NCBI GenBank assembly: GCA_013265495.1
Contig: MU058287.1
Location: 496,001-560,000 of the forward strand
Source: Vicugna vicugna
Lineage: Eukaryota
Direction of reading: 5' to 3'
DNA length: 64,000 nucleotides
Below the pieces are notes generated by a model that was not told where the DNA came from, searched no databases, and saw nothing but the letters and a program-made list of their open reading frames with translations. Position 1 is the first letter of the stretch. Every line of letters begins with the position of its first letter. The position numbers and the translations under genes were made by a program. Shown here one piece after another: positions 1 through 12,787 of the stretch.

Positions 1-480
1 AAATCACAGGTTCCCTGATTCAGAACCCTGAGCACAATTCAGCTGGGCCCTCTGCCCAGAGTCTTGCCAGGCTACAATCAAAGTGTCAGTGGGCTGTGTT
101 CTTATCTGAAGGCTTGACTGGGGCCAGGGCTACTTCTAAGCTCGTGCACCTTGTTGGCAGAATTCATTTCCTGGGGCTGTGTGACTGAGGGCCCCAGCTC
201 TTTGCTGGCCGTTGACTGAAGGCTGCTCACAGTGGCTTCCTGCATTTGGCTGCTGACTTCCTTAATCCAGGAAGGAGAAGCTCTTGCTCTTGTCTGCTGA
301 AACAGTCTTACATAATGTAACATAATCACAGAGTGACACCCTGTCCACTTTGCCACATTCTATTGGCTAACAAATCACAGCTCCCATTCTCACCCAAGGA
401 TAGGGAATGACACAAAGACATGGACATCAGGAGGTGGGAAATCACCGTGGGTCACCTTAGGGTCTGTCCTCCGCACCACC
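1..480 (-). mobile_element. ERVL-MaLR LTR (MLT1F/G-like), cut by the window start
   Basis: Typical MLT1 reverse-strand motifs: 'ggcagaattcatttcct', 'cactttgccacattctattggct', 'ccaggaggtgggaaatca'-like end. It resembles the copies at 6240 and 62925. Confidence 0.7.
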
Positions 481-497
481 TTAAATGCTCATGTCTA

Positions 498-987
498 AAG
501 CACAGGAGATATGGGTCCCAGCCTGACACAATAAAGTGAATATTGTGATAAAGTGAGTCACAAGAAGTTTTTTGGTTTCCCAGTGCATATAAAAGTTATG
601 TTTACACTATACTGAAGTCTGTTAAGTGTACAATAGCATTGTGTCAAAACAAACAAAAATCCCAATGCATTTACCTTGATTAAAAGGTACTTTGCAGCTT
701 AAAAATTGCTTATCATCACTAGTGCCTTCAGTGAGTCATCATAGTAACGTCAAAGATCATTAACCACAGATCATCATTACAAATATAGTAATAATGAAAA
801 AGTTTGAAACATCATGAGAATTACCAAGATGTGACACAGAGACATGAAGTGAGCAAATATTAGGAAAATGGCGCCAATAGACTTGCTCAACACAGAGTTG
901 CCACAAACCAATTTGTAAAAGAAAAAAAAAAAAAGCAGTATCTGTGAAGCACAATAAAGCAAAGTGCAGTAAAACGAGGTCTGCTGG
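498..987 (-). mobile_element. Internally deleted Tigger1 (TcMar-Tigger) DNA transposon
   Basis: Carries the reverse complement of both the Tigger1 3' end ('ggtttcccagtgcatataaaagttatgtttacactatactg') and 5' end ('aaaatggcgccaatagacttgctc...aaaacgaggtctgctg'), joined near 738. TA flanks both sides. Confidence 0.85.
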
Positions 988-2073
988 TATCTTCTTTTAG
1001 CTCCATAAGAGGGTTTTAGATCTCTCAACATACAAGCTCGTACAGAATTCAGTATTTTAAAATTATAGGTACTTTTTGTTTTTCACGTCAGGAGAGACAT
1101 TGAGTTTACTTGAAGTTTCTTTTTATGATCACCTGCATTTTCTTCAGGTTGAATCATTTTATAAATACTCAGAAAATGATTCTTTAGGATATGTTTTAAA
1201 TTTCAAAATATTTTAATGTTCTTTTAATGGCATTAAAAAAGCAGGAGCTCCTGGAGTTGGTTGCATTAGAAATTTAATGTAAATATTTTTCAGACAAATT
1301 GAAACTTCCTCAATAATAGTGTTGAAGAGAACCCCAAAAGATGAGGCACTGTCTCCTATAGATATTTCATTTCAGTTCTAAATCTAACAACTGGCCTCTG
1401 CCATTTGTTTTTTCAGTAATAGAATGATGTTAACAACAACAACGAAAAACCAAACTCCTTTCCCGAATGTAAAAGTTGACACTTTTAATAGGGACCTGTG
1501 AAATTTGGCCAGATTTTTCTTTACAGAATGGTTAGGTGTGACTGTCAAGTTAGATTTCTCAATATTTACTTATCTAGTTAACTACAACAAATACCCTTTT
1601 GGAACATTATGTCGAGCTATAATTAGGCAAATAAATAAATAATCATTGACAACTCTGAAAGCATTTCCAAGCAATAAATTAAATTACTCTCTTGCATGTA
1701 TTTTCATAGTTTTATGTTTGACTTTGTATCTGCCAAGTATTTCCCCCCAGAGTCTATAAAATGTCATAATTCCAAGCCACAGTTCAATAAGACAGCTTAG
1801 CTTTCTGGTATACAAAAACTCTTAAAAATAAAAGTTGGTTAACTTACTCCTATCTTTACCTGTGTTTAAAAAAATTGTTCTGTATAGTTTGTATGACAAC
1901 AGATATTAATTTCCTAAGATACTTGGAAATGTTATGGTACAGAATAGTTCATATACAAACAATCTGTTCTTAATATTTTTGGTGATAAACTGCTTTCAAA
2001 ACGCCAGTTTACAAAATGACATTCAGAAAGATGGGCTTGCAGAAAAATCTCTCCTTATTTGAGGTTTAAAGGT

Positions 2074-2092
2074 TGGCCACTAGATGGCATAG
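2074..2092 (+). promoter_or_regulatory. Candidate CTCF binding site
   Basis: TGGCCACTAGATGGCATAG closely matches the CTCF core CCASYAGRKGGCR. Motif only; no binding data. Confidence 0.5.
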
Positions 2093-3274
2093 TAGTTATA
2101 CTGATGAGCAAATTCAGTCAGACACAGACTTGCTATTTGCACTCAACAGCTTCTATTGAAAAGGCAGATGTGCCTGTAAATGTGTTCTTTGAGGTTTTTT
2201 CCTCTTGTAAAGCACTGTCGTCCTTGAGAAGCAATATTAGATGAATGACTTTTTGTTTTCATCTACTTAATGTTTATTTATCTTCCAGTCTATTAAAACC
2301 ATTATTGGACCGCTTTGTTAAAATAAAAATCCAGTCCCTCTTGGGGTAAATTGTTTTCATAATACAATTGATTCTTAAGTACATTAAGTCTTTCTAAGTG
2401 GACATTTGTTTTCAATTTAGAAAAAAGAATCTGTGTCCAGGCTGTGAACAATTGTTTTAAAAGTTTTTAGAAACTTTTAAAGAGTCCCTGTTTTCAGCTA
2501 ATAGGGCATAATCACATTTCTGGAACGAGACATGTCAGAGAAAGCCAATGCCCTTGGCTAAATTGAATCTCTTTTAAATTGATGTCCATCACAGCTAACG
2601 TAGATGTTATTATAATATGAATATCCACGGGGTTTTCCTTTATGCTGGCTGGAAATTTGGAGTATCTCCAAACTTGGTGTCTTCACGTTAAATTACTCTT
2701 CATGTGATAGGATTTTTGACCCAAGCCAATTTTCTTAGTTACTCCTAGGGCTGTCATATGAATGACATTAGGGTCTCAGGACCTAGCTCTGGAAAGTGTC
2801 CCTTCTCCCACATTTTCTGGATTACATATTTTACAAGTCACGAGGTAATTTTCTATTCCTGTAAAAGAAAGTTTGCTGAGTTGCATTCATTCAAAAAGGA
2901 GATGTTTTGGAAAAAACAAATGTTTAACAGACTTTACATTTATTAACTTTTAGAATAATGTTTATTACTACCTAAACGGCTTCAAGGGAGAAGTTTGTTT
3001 CTAATATTTAGCTGATTTCAGTTTTAAAACAGAAGTTGAAAGGGGGATTATTTGTTCTTTTTAAACTAGTAACCTGAAATTCTTTAAGAGGGCCAGATTT
3101 CTATACCACAGCTTATGTGGTAGGCAAATTCTACTTAAAAGTCTGTAACGTGCATGCACATATATACAAACACACAAAACAAAAAACTTCTGTATCAGAT
3201 TATGTATTTATGCTCTTTAACTTTGTTAAGATGCATATTTCAGAGTTTGTGATTAAACTCTTTAATTAGGTGAA

Positions 3275-3439
3275 TTTTTTTTCTTTTTTTTCTTTTTTTT
3301 GAGTGAAGGTAGGTTTATTCAGAGAGACACATTGAAAGGCAAGAGAAAGGCCACGAGGTGTGGGGATTGGGTGCTCAGATTAAAAGTAGGTACACATTCC
3401 ATAGAATGCGGGCCATCTCCAAAGAGAGAGGGGGTGGCC
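3275..3439 (-). mobile_element. Polyadenylated non-L1 segment (LTR-like 3' end) attached to an L1 tail
   Basis: Minus strand reads 139 bp of non-L1 sequence (3439 to 3301) containing AATAAA (tttatt at 3314-3319), then 13 nt, then a ~26-nt A tail (T run 3275-3300). Confidence 0.6.
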
Positions 3440-3899
3440 TTTTTTTGTTTGTTTGTTTGTTTGAACTTTTTTCATTTTTAATTGAAGTATAGTTGATTTA
3501 CAATGCTTCAGGTGTACAGCAAAGTACATACATATTCTTTTTCAAATTCTTTTCCATTATAGGTTATTACAAAATATTAAATGTAGTTCCCTGTGCTATG
3601 CAGTAGGCCCTTGTTGTTTATCTATTTTATATATGTTAATCTCAAATTCCTAATTTATCCCCCTGCTCTTTCCCCTTTGGTAACCTGAAGTTTGATTTTT
3701 ATGTCTGTTGATAAATAAGTTCATTTGTATCATTTTTTTTTAATTCCACTTACAAGTGATATCTTATGATATTTGTCTTTCTCTATCTGACTTCAGTTAG
3801 CAGTCAGGACCTGCTGATCTCTAGGTCCATCCATGTTGCTGCAAATGGCATTATTTTATTCCTTTTTATGGCTGAGTAATACTCCATCACACACACACA

Positions 3900-3942
<43 letters not shown>

Positions 3943-4376
3943 TATCCATTAATCTGTCAATGGGCATTTAGGTTGTTTCCATGTCTTGGCTATTGTAAAC
4001 AGTGCTGCTATGAACATTGGGGTGCGTGTGTCTTTTCAAATTAGAGATTCCTCTGGATATATGCCCAGGAGTGGGATTGCTGGATCAGATGCTAACTAGT
4101 TTTCTAAGGAACCTCCTTATTGTCCTCCATAGTGGCTGCACCAAACTGCATCCCCACCAACAGCGTAGGAGGGTTTCCTTTTCTCCGCACCCTCTCCAGC
4201 ATTTATGTTTGTAGACTTTTTGATGATGATCATTCTGACCAGTGTGAGATGATACTTCACTGTAGTTTCAATTTGCATTTCTTACATAATTAGTGATGTT
4301 GAGCATCTTTTTATAAGCCTGTTGGCCATCTGGATGTCGTCTTTGGAGAATTGTCTATTTACATCTTCTGCCCATT
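3440..4376 (-). mobile_element. 5'-truncated L1 (ORF2 C-terminus and 3' UTR), cetartiodactyl type
   Basis: 'attgaagtatagttgatttacaat', 'ccatccatgttgctgcaaatggcatt', 'gatgttgagcatctttt'. T-rich tail at 3440-3479. Confidence 0.92.
3888..3940. repeat. (CA)n microsatellite inside the L1
   Basis: Directly visible, with one interruption. Confidence 0.95.
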
Positions 4377-4799
4377 GTGAGCTTTTTTTTTTTGAGAGGT
4401 TATATAGAATATAATAATAATTTTTCATTTTTAAAGCATACTTTAAGTCCACCGGGAACTTTGTTATGGTGGATCTTCTGGTGAAAGGAAGAATCAATCC
4501 ATCAGTCATTTTGGTTTTGCTTTCATGCAAAGCCCTGTGCTGGGCAACGTGGAAGATGCAGAATGGTGGCAAACTGCTTTGGTTCCAGACAAAGGCTACA
4601 GCATTTTAAAATAAAACATTACATAAATTACAATCACAAAAAATATAAAAGATGAGAAGGGACTTCAGGGGTTAAAGGAGTTAGGAAAGGCTTTGGGAAA
4701 GGGGAACTTAATGTGTTAATTATTAATGTGTTACATGTTGTATAAGATTTTGATTTAAAAAAAAAAAAGGTATGGAAGAAACTCCAGCCAGAAGAGATG

Positions 4800-5200
4800 G
4801 GATGGGCAGAGGCACTGAGATGAGAGAGCTCCAAGTGAATTTTCAGTTTGGCTGGAATCACAGGTTCCAGGATAGGAGAGGATGCAGAACATGTGCACTG
4901 AGACCCTACTGGGTGAGGCCTTGAACCCAAGTGAAGACTTTGAGCTGCAGCCTCTAACCCATGGGGAGCAGTTGAAAATGTTTGGGCGTCACAGTGATAA
5001 CCTGAAAGTCATGTTTTAAAGAGATTACTCTGGTCCTCATATAATAGATGGGAAAAGAGAGAGAAGAGAGATGCAGGGAGAGCCATGAAGCACCTATGTA
5101 ACTAGCTTAAATATGAATTAGTCAGAGCCTCAGCAAGGGTGTGAGGAGTGCAGATGAAATGGAAACGAGGGAGGTTTAGTGCGGGAAATCTGGATGTGGA
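4800..5200 (-). mobile_element. L2 LINE fragment
   Basis: Degenerate L2 motif 'gaagactttg...atggggagcagttgaa...gttttaaagagattactctgg'. Confidence 0.55.
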
Positions 5201-6239
5201 TAATTCTGCAGGCGAGGTCTGGTTATTTATCTTCCTGAATTAATCCAAGTCTGGTCTAAGACACCCGATCCCTCATTTATTTGCCAAGATTGGTGAGACT
5301 GCCATCACCCATCTACTTGCCAGGCCCGCTTCCCCTCTTGGGGGTTACAACAGGAGCAGCGCCAACACAAAGGGTAGGGGGCCTCCTTCCCTACTCCTTC
5401 TGGTCACAATTACTGTTGCTCCTTCACCGACCATTGAGTTTGTGGGGCTCTGTGACTGCTGGAGTTGGGCCCCCAGACCTGCCATCCTCACAGTCTAGGG
5501 TAGGACAGGCATAGCCAGATTTACCCATTCCCCCTTTTCAATACAAAACATCATCCTCCATGAGCAAATACCTGGCCCTAGGCTTTCCCTGTGTGAAAGG
5601 TTGAGCAGGGTAGCAGTATAAGGATGTATAGGTTGTTCACTGCACAAGAGCATTGGCCATGGAAGAGAGTGTGGCCTGAAATCCAGCCTGTACACTACAA
5701 GCTGCCAAGAAGAAAAGGCATCCTTTAAAAAATGTTGCACGAGGGAGCCTTATTGGCTAAAGAAGGTCCTGGATGAAGAAAGGAAAATATTTTCATTTGG
5801 GGGAAGTGTGTTTTTAGTAGAAAACAAAAACCAAAACCCAGCAAAAACACCAGTTTCAGCAATTACTGTTTCAGCAAACTATTTGTATAGTTTTAAACTA
5901 GATTTTCATATTTAAGGTTTAAAACAGATGATATGGTCATGCTAATCCACAGCAAAGAAATAGACGATCTCCAAAAGCTTTTAACATATCCACTCCTGAA
6001 ATACTTATCACCATATAATTATCAAGGGCCCTTTATGTTCAGAGGATGGTGGTAAATAAATACCATCAACCTTTGATGGCTAAAACAATGGGCCACATTA
6101 GCATGGCTCCTGTCTTCACTCAGTTTATACCCTTGGGGCCAAGAGACAAGGGAAGAAGCTAGTGGATGAGTACAATGGGGAGGTGGAAGGTGCCGCAAGT
6201 CAGGCAAGATCTTGAAGGAGGAGCTTGTCTGTTTCTGGT

Positions 6240-6555
6240 GAGCTGTGGGACTGAGGATCTCAGTTCCCTGCTGGCCCTTGGCTGGCACACAACCCCTAAG
6301 TTTCTCGCCACGTCAGCCTCTCCACAGGGCAGCTCACAACCTGGCAGAGTGAGCTGGAGAGAAAGCAAGAGTGGGCCAGCAAGCTGAAAGCCGTTGTCGT
6401 GTGCCACGTAACCTCAGAGGTGACATCCTGTCACTTCTGCTGAACTCCGTCCATTAGAAGGGAGTCCCGTGGCCAAGCCCACACTCAAAGGTGATCGTAC
6501 AAGAGTGTGAAGACCGGGAGGTGGGATCATTAGGGACCACATTAACTAGCTACCT
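6240..6555 (-). mobile_element. MLT1 (MaLR) LTR fragment
   Basis: 'agtttctcgccacgtcagcctctccacagggcagctcacaac', 'gtgacatcctgtcacttctgc', 'gggaggtgggatcattaggg'. Confidence 0.7.
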
Positions 6556-6559
6556 GCCT

Positions 6560-7330
6560 CTGTGTGGTCAGGTTGAAATTTGGTGGCAGGAAGGCTGAAG
6601 GAGCTCTCCTGTGAAGGCTTCCATTTCTTCTGTGAGGTAGGAGGCCAATTCTTTTGAAAAGGGCTGTGGAGAGAGTCACAGCTTGCTGGAGAAGGTTTGA
6701 AATGATTGTTGGGTATCACGGAAGAGAGGATTAACTCTGGAGACTTATAAGAATTGCTGAGCCGTTGAGAGCAACCAGATGCAGGACTTGAATGAAGGGG
6801 CATGATCTAAATAGTTTATGTGGATTTTCTCAGAAGCTCAGGGGCAGGGGTGGAAAAGGCCGATTGTTGGATTGGCAGAGTTTGGTTTTTCGTTCAGGCA
6901 GGCGCAGCTGAAGGGCGTCTGGGCGAGGGAGGTGGATTGAATAGTGAGGTGCAGACTCTGGGATGCAAACTGGACCGGAAGGAAAGGGGAGACCAGAGGA
7001 ACTATCAAAGAGGTATCTGAACAGGAGAACTGGAAACACGAGATTGTGGTCTAAGCGCACCATGATGGAATAAAAGATTTTTAAAGGTGTTGCCACTGAA
7101 GTGGCGCCATAGTGGGGGTGGCTGGAGAAACATGAAGGTGACAGTGACTAAAGAGGAGAAGTTCAGGTAACTGAGAGGTTTTGATGTTGGGTGGGTCACC
7201 ACTCCGTGCTGAAGGGGCCCAGAATGATGAGAAGACTTGGAGGGGACGTAGACCTGTGAGCTGGGCACCAGTGCTTCTGGGGAGTGAGGGCAGAGTAACG
7301 GGAGTGATGCCGGATGGGACCACGTGGCAA
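6560..7330 (-). mobile_element. Old L2 internal fragment
   Basis: Purine-rich degenerate L2-like sequence ('ggcaggaaggctgaaggagctctc...ggcttccatttcttctgtgaggtaggagg'). Confidence 0.5.
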
Positions 7331-7428
7331 TGTGGCAGATGAGATGTTCTGAAAGACTCTTCCATTGCAGAGCACCTACACATCAGAGTCAAAAACAGTT
7401 ACCTCCCTTTAAATGTTTAGGTAAATTT

Positions 7429-7621
7429 CTTTTTTTAATCGTATATTTTTTAACATTCAATTTTTTCTTTTATTACATTTTTTTCTCTGTGTTTTTTTTG
7501 GGGGGGTAGGTAATTAGGTTTATTTATTTGTTTGTTTTTAATGGAGATACTGGGGATTGAACCCAGGACCTCATGCCTGCTAAGTACATACTCTACCACT
7601 GAGCTATACCCTCCCCGATCC
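7429..7621 (-). mobile_element. tRNA-derived SINE of the camelid Vic-1 type
   Basis: Reverse complement is GGGGAGGGTATAGCTCAGTGGTAGAG...GGGTTCAATCCCCAGTATCTCC (Pol III A and B boxes), then 'aaataaataaacctaattacc' and an A-rich tail. TSD tttag(g/t)taaattt at 7416-7428 and 7622-7634. Confidence 0.9.
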
Positions 7622-8614
7622 TTTAGTTAAATTTTTTTAAAAAGTGGGAAATTCCTCAGAACCAAAACTAGAGGAAGTTGGACACCAGAGGAACTGAAGC
7701 CACCGCCAAACTTAGGGCTTTTATCAGTGTCCTAGGGCCTTGGGTAAAGGCCTCTGGTGTCCAGATGGACAGGGGAGAGGTCATCTGGCTCTCCTCTGTT
7801 GGCTGTGTTGTTGTCTCTAATTGACCTGGAAAGTCAGGGCGGGAGGCGTGAAGACTGGAATAAACCTTCTTCCCCTCATCCGCCTGACCACTGGAGCCCC
7901 TTTAAATGGGCTCAGCTTGTCTCTGAAATGAGTCACGGAAGTGCCAAGGCAGCTTCTTGGCCACTGGAACCAGGCCCTTGGGTTTTAAGGCCTAGGCGTG
8001 TCACAGAACCCTAGACAAAGGGGTGCGCCCTTAGTAAAAGGGAAAACTAGGGGAAAAAAATCTGTCACTAAAGGGAAATAGGAAACTTACCTGTTTCCTC
8101 TTTGGCCGTAAACAGAAAAAGACCTCTCATAAATATTCGTAACTCTAACCTCACCTTCATGCGGGTTGGGCCCAGAATTTATGCTACTTGTTTAGGTCTG
8201 TAAATGCCAAGCCAAAAAGATACCTTACACTGGTTCTGGGCTGGAGCTCCATGGGGTCCTGGCACAATCCATGGCAAACTCTTTCCGGAAGTGGAACTGC
8301 AGCCCCGAGCTTCAGGGCGTTTGCACATGATGCTCAGCTGACCGTGAGCTCAGAAACCAAAATCACAGGATACAGTGGGAAGCAAGCCACATGGAGAGGG
8401 AGTCAGAAGAAAAATAAGAGAACAGAAAATGAGATTCCTAATTGTCAGGTACAGACAATGGATACCAGCAGGAGGAGGAGAGAAGGCAGATAATTTGATT
8501 CCATGGCAGGTAACTGGAACACAATTTGGCTGTCTACTCAAAAACCTTAAAAACTTTCATTATCTTTCATTTAGCACTTTGATTCCTGCAATTTTTTCAC
8601 TAAAGAATGATCAG

Positions 8615-8830
8615 ATGTAGCCATATAATGATATTCATCATAGTGTTATTTATCATAGTTTAAAAAAAACTTCAAAACAATCTTCATATCCAAGAATAGG
8701 GCAACAAATAAGTAAATGATAGAAACTGTTGAGTATTATTGATAGTCATGAACAGTTTTAATGACATGGGAATGTGCTTACAATATAATAGTAAGAGATA
8801 GGAGCAAGTTCAAAAACTACTTATTAAATA
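8615..8830 (+). mobile_element. Old L1M (L1MC/ME-like) 3' fragment
   Basis: Degenerate 'atattcatcatagtgttatttatcatag...caatcttcatatccaagaatagg'. Confidence 0.5.
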
Positions 8831-9729
8831 TGGCCGTGTTCAACTCTTTAAATTATTTAGCTAAATAAAAATATTTCACACTGTTTAAATCGGTAATTGA
8901 TGTATTCAGCAGTGGCAGAAAGGGCACAGGAAGATTGAAAGCCTTGCCAAGATTTGTTGAAGGATTCAGGCGCACTGAAAAAGAAAAGTCTACAAAGAAT
9001 TTAAGTATAAAAATATATAAATAATAGTTTTCCCACATAGACTTTAATTTCAACCCTGATGCATTTAAAACATGCAGTCAACCTTCACGCACATACTTGA
9101 ATTAGAAGCACCATACCAAATCTTCCTATATTGGATATGAAAACACAGAGAACTTAGGAATTAGTACATTTTTGTTCCTGTCTTTGAATGTAATTTTGTA
9201 GCAACCATTTATGTGATAAGAGCCAAAATATGGGCCACTTAGGTACCAATGATTCCGCCATGACTCACAGTAGCAATAATGAACATTCCTCTACAAACTT
9301 CCATCTCTCTGAATTGAGAAGATGGAATTTTTTTTTTTTTTTTTTACTGAACAGTGATTTAGTTAATGGCAGCTCTTGTCACAACCACACAGGGGTGGAT
9401 TACAGAAATGCATGCTCACGACCGTCCTCAGGGTGCATCTGCACAAACCATCTACAGAGAAAGCACAAGCCCTTTCTCGCTTTCCAGGTTGGAAGAACGT
9501 TGGTTTGCACTCTCGAGGTTTATCTTAAAGTTGCCAAGTGACACAATGATATGTTTGCACTTTGCTTAATCACCAAAGCAGGGAATCTGGCATGAACTTA
9601 TGCAAAGCGATCTCTAGAATATGAATAATACTGAGCTATAAGGCTCCTGTCTTGATTGGAAAGCAGTGTCATACTGGCAAGAGTGGGGGCCAAGGCAGAT
9701 AGTGGTGGGTTCAGATCTACTGTGCAGCT

Positions 9730-9860
9730 TCATTCATTCATTCAGCGAGTGCTGATTGGATTGGAAACTTCATACATTTCAGACACTGTGCTAAATGCTA
9801 TGGATACAAATTTTTGAAAGACATGGTTCCTGATCTCAAGGAGATTATACTGTGGATTAA
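9730..9860 (-). mobile_element. L2 3' end
   Basis: 'ttcattcattcattcag...cagacactgtgctaaatgct...catggttcctgatctcaaggag'. Confidence 0.6.
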
Positions 9861-9969
9861 ATGTCGCCATACATGTAAAGACACTGTCAGGTAGTAAGGG
9901 GTCAATGAAGATTAGTTTCTTTTCCCTTCAGGATAAAAAACACATTTTTAATATGGAGCTTAGTGGGAC

Positions 9970-10200
9970 ATGAGCATAATGGTTAAAAGTGTGACTTTGT
10001 CATCCAGGTGCCTCCATTCAAATACTGGCTGTTCTCTGTGCTAGCTGTGTAATCCTTGGTAAGCTAGTACATCTTTCTGCCTCAGTTTCCTCTCCTGTAA
10101 AATGGGTCTAATAATACCTTCATTATAGAGTTGTTGTGAGGTTTATGAGTTTAGTGCACTCCCTGGCACTTAGGGAATACCCTAAAATGTTAGCTACTGT
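9970..10200 (+). mobile_element. MIR SINE
   Basis: MIR core 'ctgcctcagtttcctctcctgtaaaatggg...ataatacc...gttgttgtgagg'. Confidence 0.85.
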
Positions 10201-11071
10201 TTTTAATAATTCAGTCAGGATTTTGGATGAGGGGTGAGGTTATTTTGCAAACACTTCTCCTGCACAGAAAAGGATGGCAATCATACAGGTCCAAACACCT
10301 CCTTCCAAACAAGGCCTTCCCATGCTTTGGTGTTCACGGGCTCTTTGGGAAGAGGTGGCGTGTCCTTTTTTCTGGGAGCCGCTGTACACCATCGCTTATA
10401 ATCAGATATAGTTAGGGGTCACTGTGGATTGTCCTTCTCCTGCAAATTTTGATTTCGATCATTGTTCATTTGTGGCTTGAACTCCTAGAGCAGCAGAGTG
10501 AGCCTGTCCGTGTTTCCCGCCTGCAAGGACAGTTCTGAGCGAACTGTTGCCCGCAGAATTGGGCCCTCTGGATCCCGTGGTGTGCTCTGCTGGTGGTTCA
10601 GGATGAGAGCTGAAGTGAAATCATCAGCTCCAGTTTGCTTATTTGTACAATAGGAGTTTTACTTAGAAGGCTTGAGTTTTGAATTGTTTCTGTTTACCCA
10701 GTTTATGTAAGAATTCACAGTAGGAATGGGCTTCCTCAAACAGCTTGATGGGTCTAGGCCGTCTTATAACTCCTTAACCTGACATCCCGTTCACCTTCAG
10801 TGCCAGCTCGGCAACGGTGACAGCGAAGGCAGCCCCATCGCACCTCTCTGTAATGTCTGCTTTGTGCAGGAAGCAGAAGAACTCTCCCTTGTTTTGACTC
10901 TTGCTTAGTTCAGTGTAAGAATAATTGTGGTCAGTGGGCCAGCACTGTGATGGGTGTGAGGTAGATATAAAAGTAACAAAACACTGCCCTTGCTAACGAG
11001 ACATTTACTAGCTGCTGGCCTTTTACAGCACCTGGAACCTAACAGGCTCGCAATAAATGTTTGTGGATGAA

Positions 11072-11389
11072 TAGGACACTTATGAACTCATCTACAAAAC
11101 AGAAACAAACTCGCAGACATAGTAAACAATCTTACGGTTACCAGGGAAAGGGGATGGGAAGGGATAAATCTGGGAGTTTGAGATTTACAAATGTTAGCCA
11201 CTGTATGTAAAAATAGATTTTAAAAATGCTTCTGCCATATAGCGCAGGGAACCATGTTCAATATCTTGTAACAATCTTTAATAAAAAAATGTGAAAACGA
11301 ATATATGTATGTATATGCATGACTGGGACATTGTGCTCTACACCAGAAATTGACACATTGTAACTGACTGTACTTCAATGTTTAAAAAA
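11072..11389 (+). mobile_element. Short L1 3' UTR stub inserted into an L2 3' end
   Basis: 'tacaaaacagaaacaaactcgcagacatag...caccagaaattgacacattg'. TSD gtttgtgg(a/c)tgaa at 11059-11071 and 11390-11402. Confidence 0.9.
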
Positions 11390-12787
11390 GTTTGTGGCTG
11401 AAGATTGATGATTGTTATAAAAATAAAGTCACATCTGATGTATTCAGGTTTGGATATGCTATCCTACGAATGTTATGTAGAAACAAGTTCATTCAGAAGA
11501 TGCAGATTAGAATCCTGAAGCCTTCTGAAATTGTGCTACATGAGGATTAGTTGAAGAAGTGTAAGACATGGAGGCTCAGTGATGCTTTGGGGGAGATTGT
11601 TGAATGGTTCCTGGTGCCAACCAGTTGTACACAGTTTGACTCAGCCCAGTTGTCTGTGGTGGGACAACATGGGGGTGGGGGATGAGGGGCTGGTGGTGAG
11701 GTGTAGGGCACGCATACTTTAGTGGAGCGTCTGTCAGTTCACAGGGTTGACAGCACACAGCCTCCAAAGATAATGACCACAACCACAGGGGGTGGTTCCG
11801 GTTAACACCTTCAGAAGGACGGAAGGTAAAGGGAATACTGCTCACTGGAGGTGGTGATGGATGGGTGAGCAGTTTGGCACAGCACAGCACGGGAAATCCT
11901 GGTGCAGGAGGTACCTAGAGCTAATCTGCAGGCAGGAAGATGGGCAGCTTCAGGGAGATAGTCTGCTGGTGGGTTAAAGAGCCTTAGCTGCCATTTGTAA
12001 ATCTGTCCTTTTGTCAAATTTTAAAGAATATCCTGGGTGCCAGGCATGGTGCTATGCAGAGACGTCGTGCTGATTAGTAAGGCATAGTCCCTGCCCCCTA
12101 GACCCCTCAGAATCCCAGAAGTCCTCAGTTCAGTGAATTCTGATTACTCTGGGTCCCCTTCTGGGTGTGATGCCTCCCATCTATTACAGTAGTCCAGGTA
12201 TTTTAAATCAATGAATCAATCAGTGATTGTTGTGCATCTAACACATGCTAAGTGCACATGGTTCCGGACTAAGGTTCAAAGCCACTGGGTGGGGAACTAG
12301 CAAAACTGGGCCACCAGTTCTGGAAATTACAGTATTAGGCAGGTGATCAAGAAAGGGGTTTGGTCTCAGGAACCAATTATTAGAACTGGGGTTCAGATGG
12401 GATCAAAGCAGTTAAGTAATGAGGAAAAAAGGCGAAGAGTGGAATAAACAGTGTGTGATGAAGGGGAGCATCACATGACCTCTAGTTATGGCACCAGAAG
12501 AGGCTGGCTTTACTTAATGATATTTCCCGGAGACCCTACAGCAGAGTTTCATCTGGCCACGAAGACCTCAGAAGGTTCAAAAAATGTATGGGGTTTGATG
12601 CAATTATTCAGCAAACCTTGGCCAATTTCTACCACGTGATGTAAGAAATGGGCAAAGGTGCATTGTCTGTCAGCACTGTGACCTCTTCACTAGCAAAACC
12701 TGGCGCAGTGACTGTCAGACTCTGGGTGATCATATGTGCCTCTGCTCCCTGGGAGGGACGGGTACAGGGCAAGAGGGAGTGGCTGAG

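Noticed and set aside
7540..7616. tRNA-like sequence with A and B boxes
   Set aside because: It has a SINE-type 3' extension, an A-rich tail and a TSD, so it is a SINE and not a tRNA gene.
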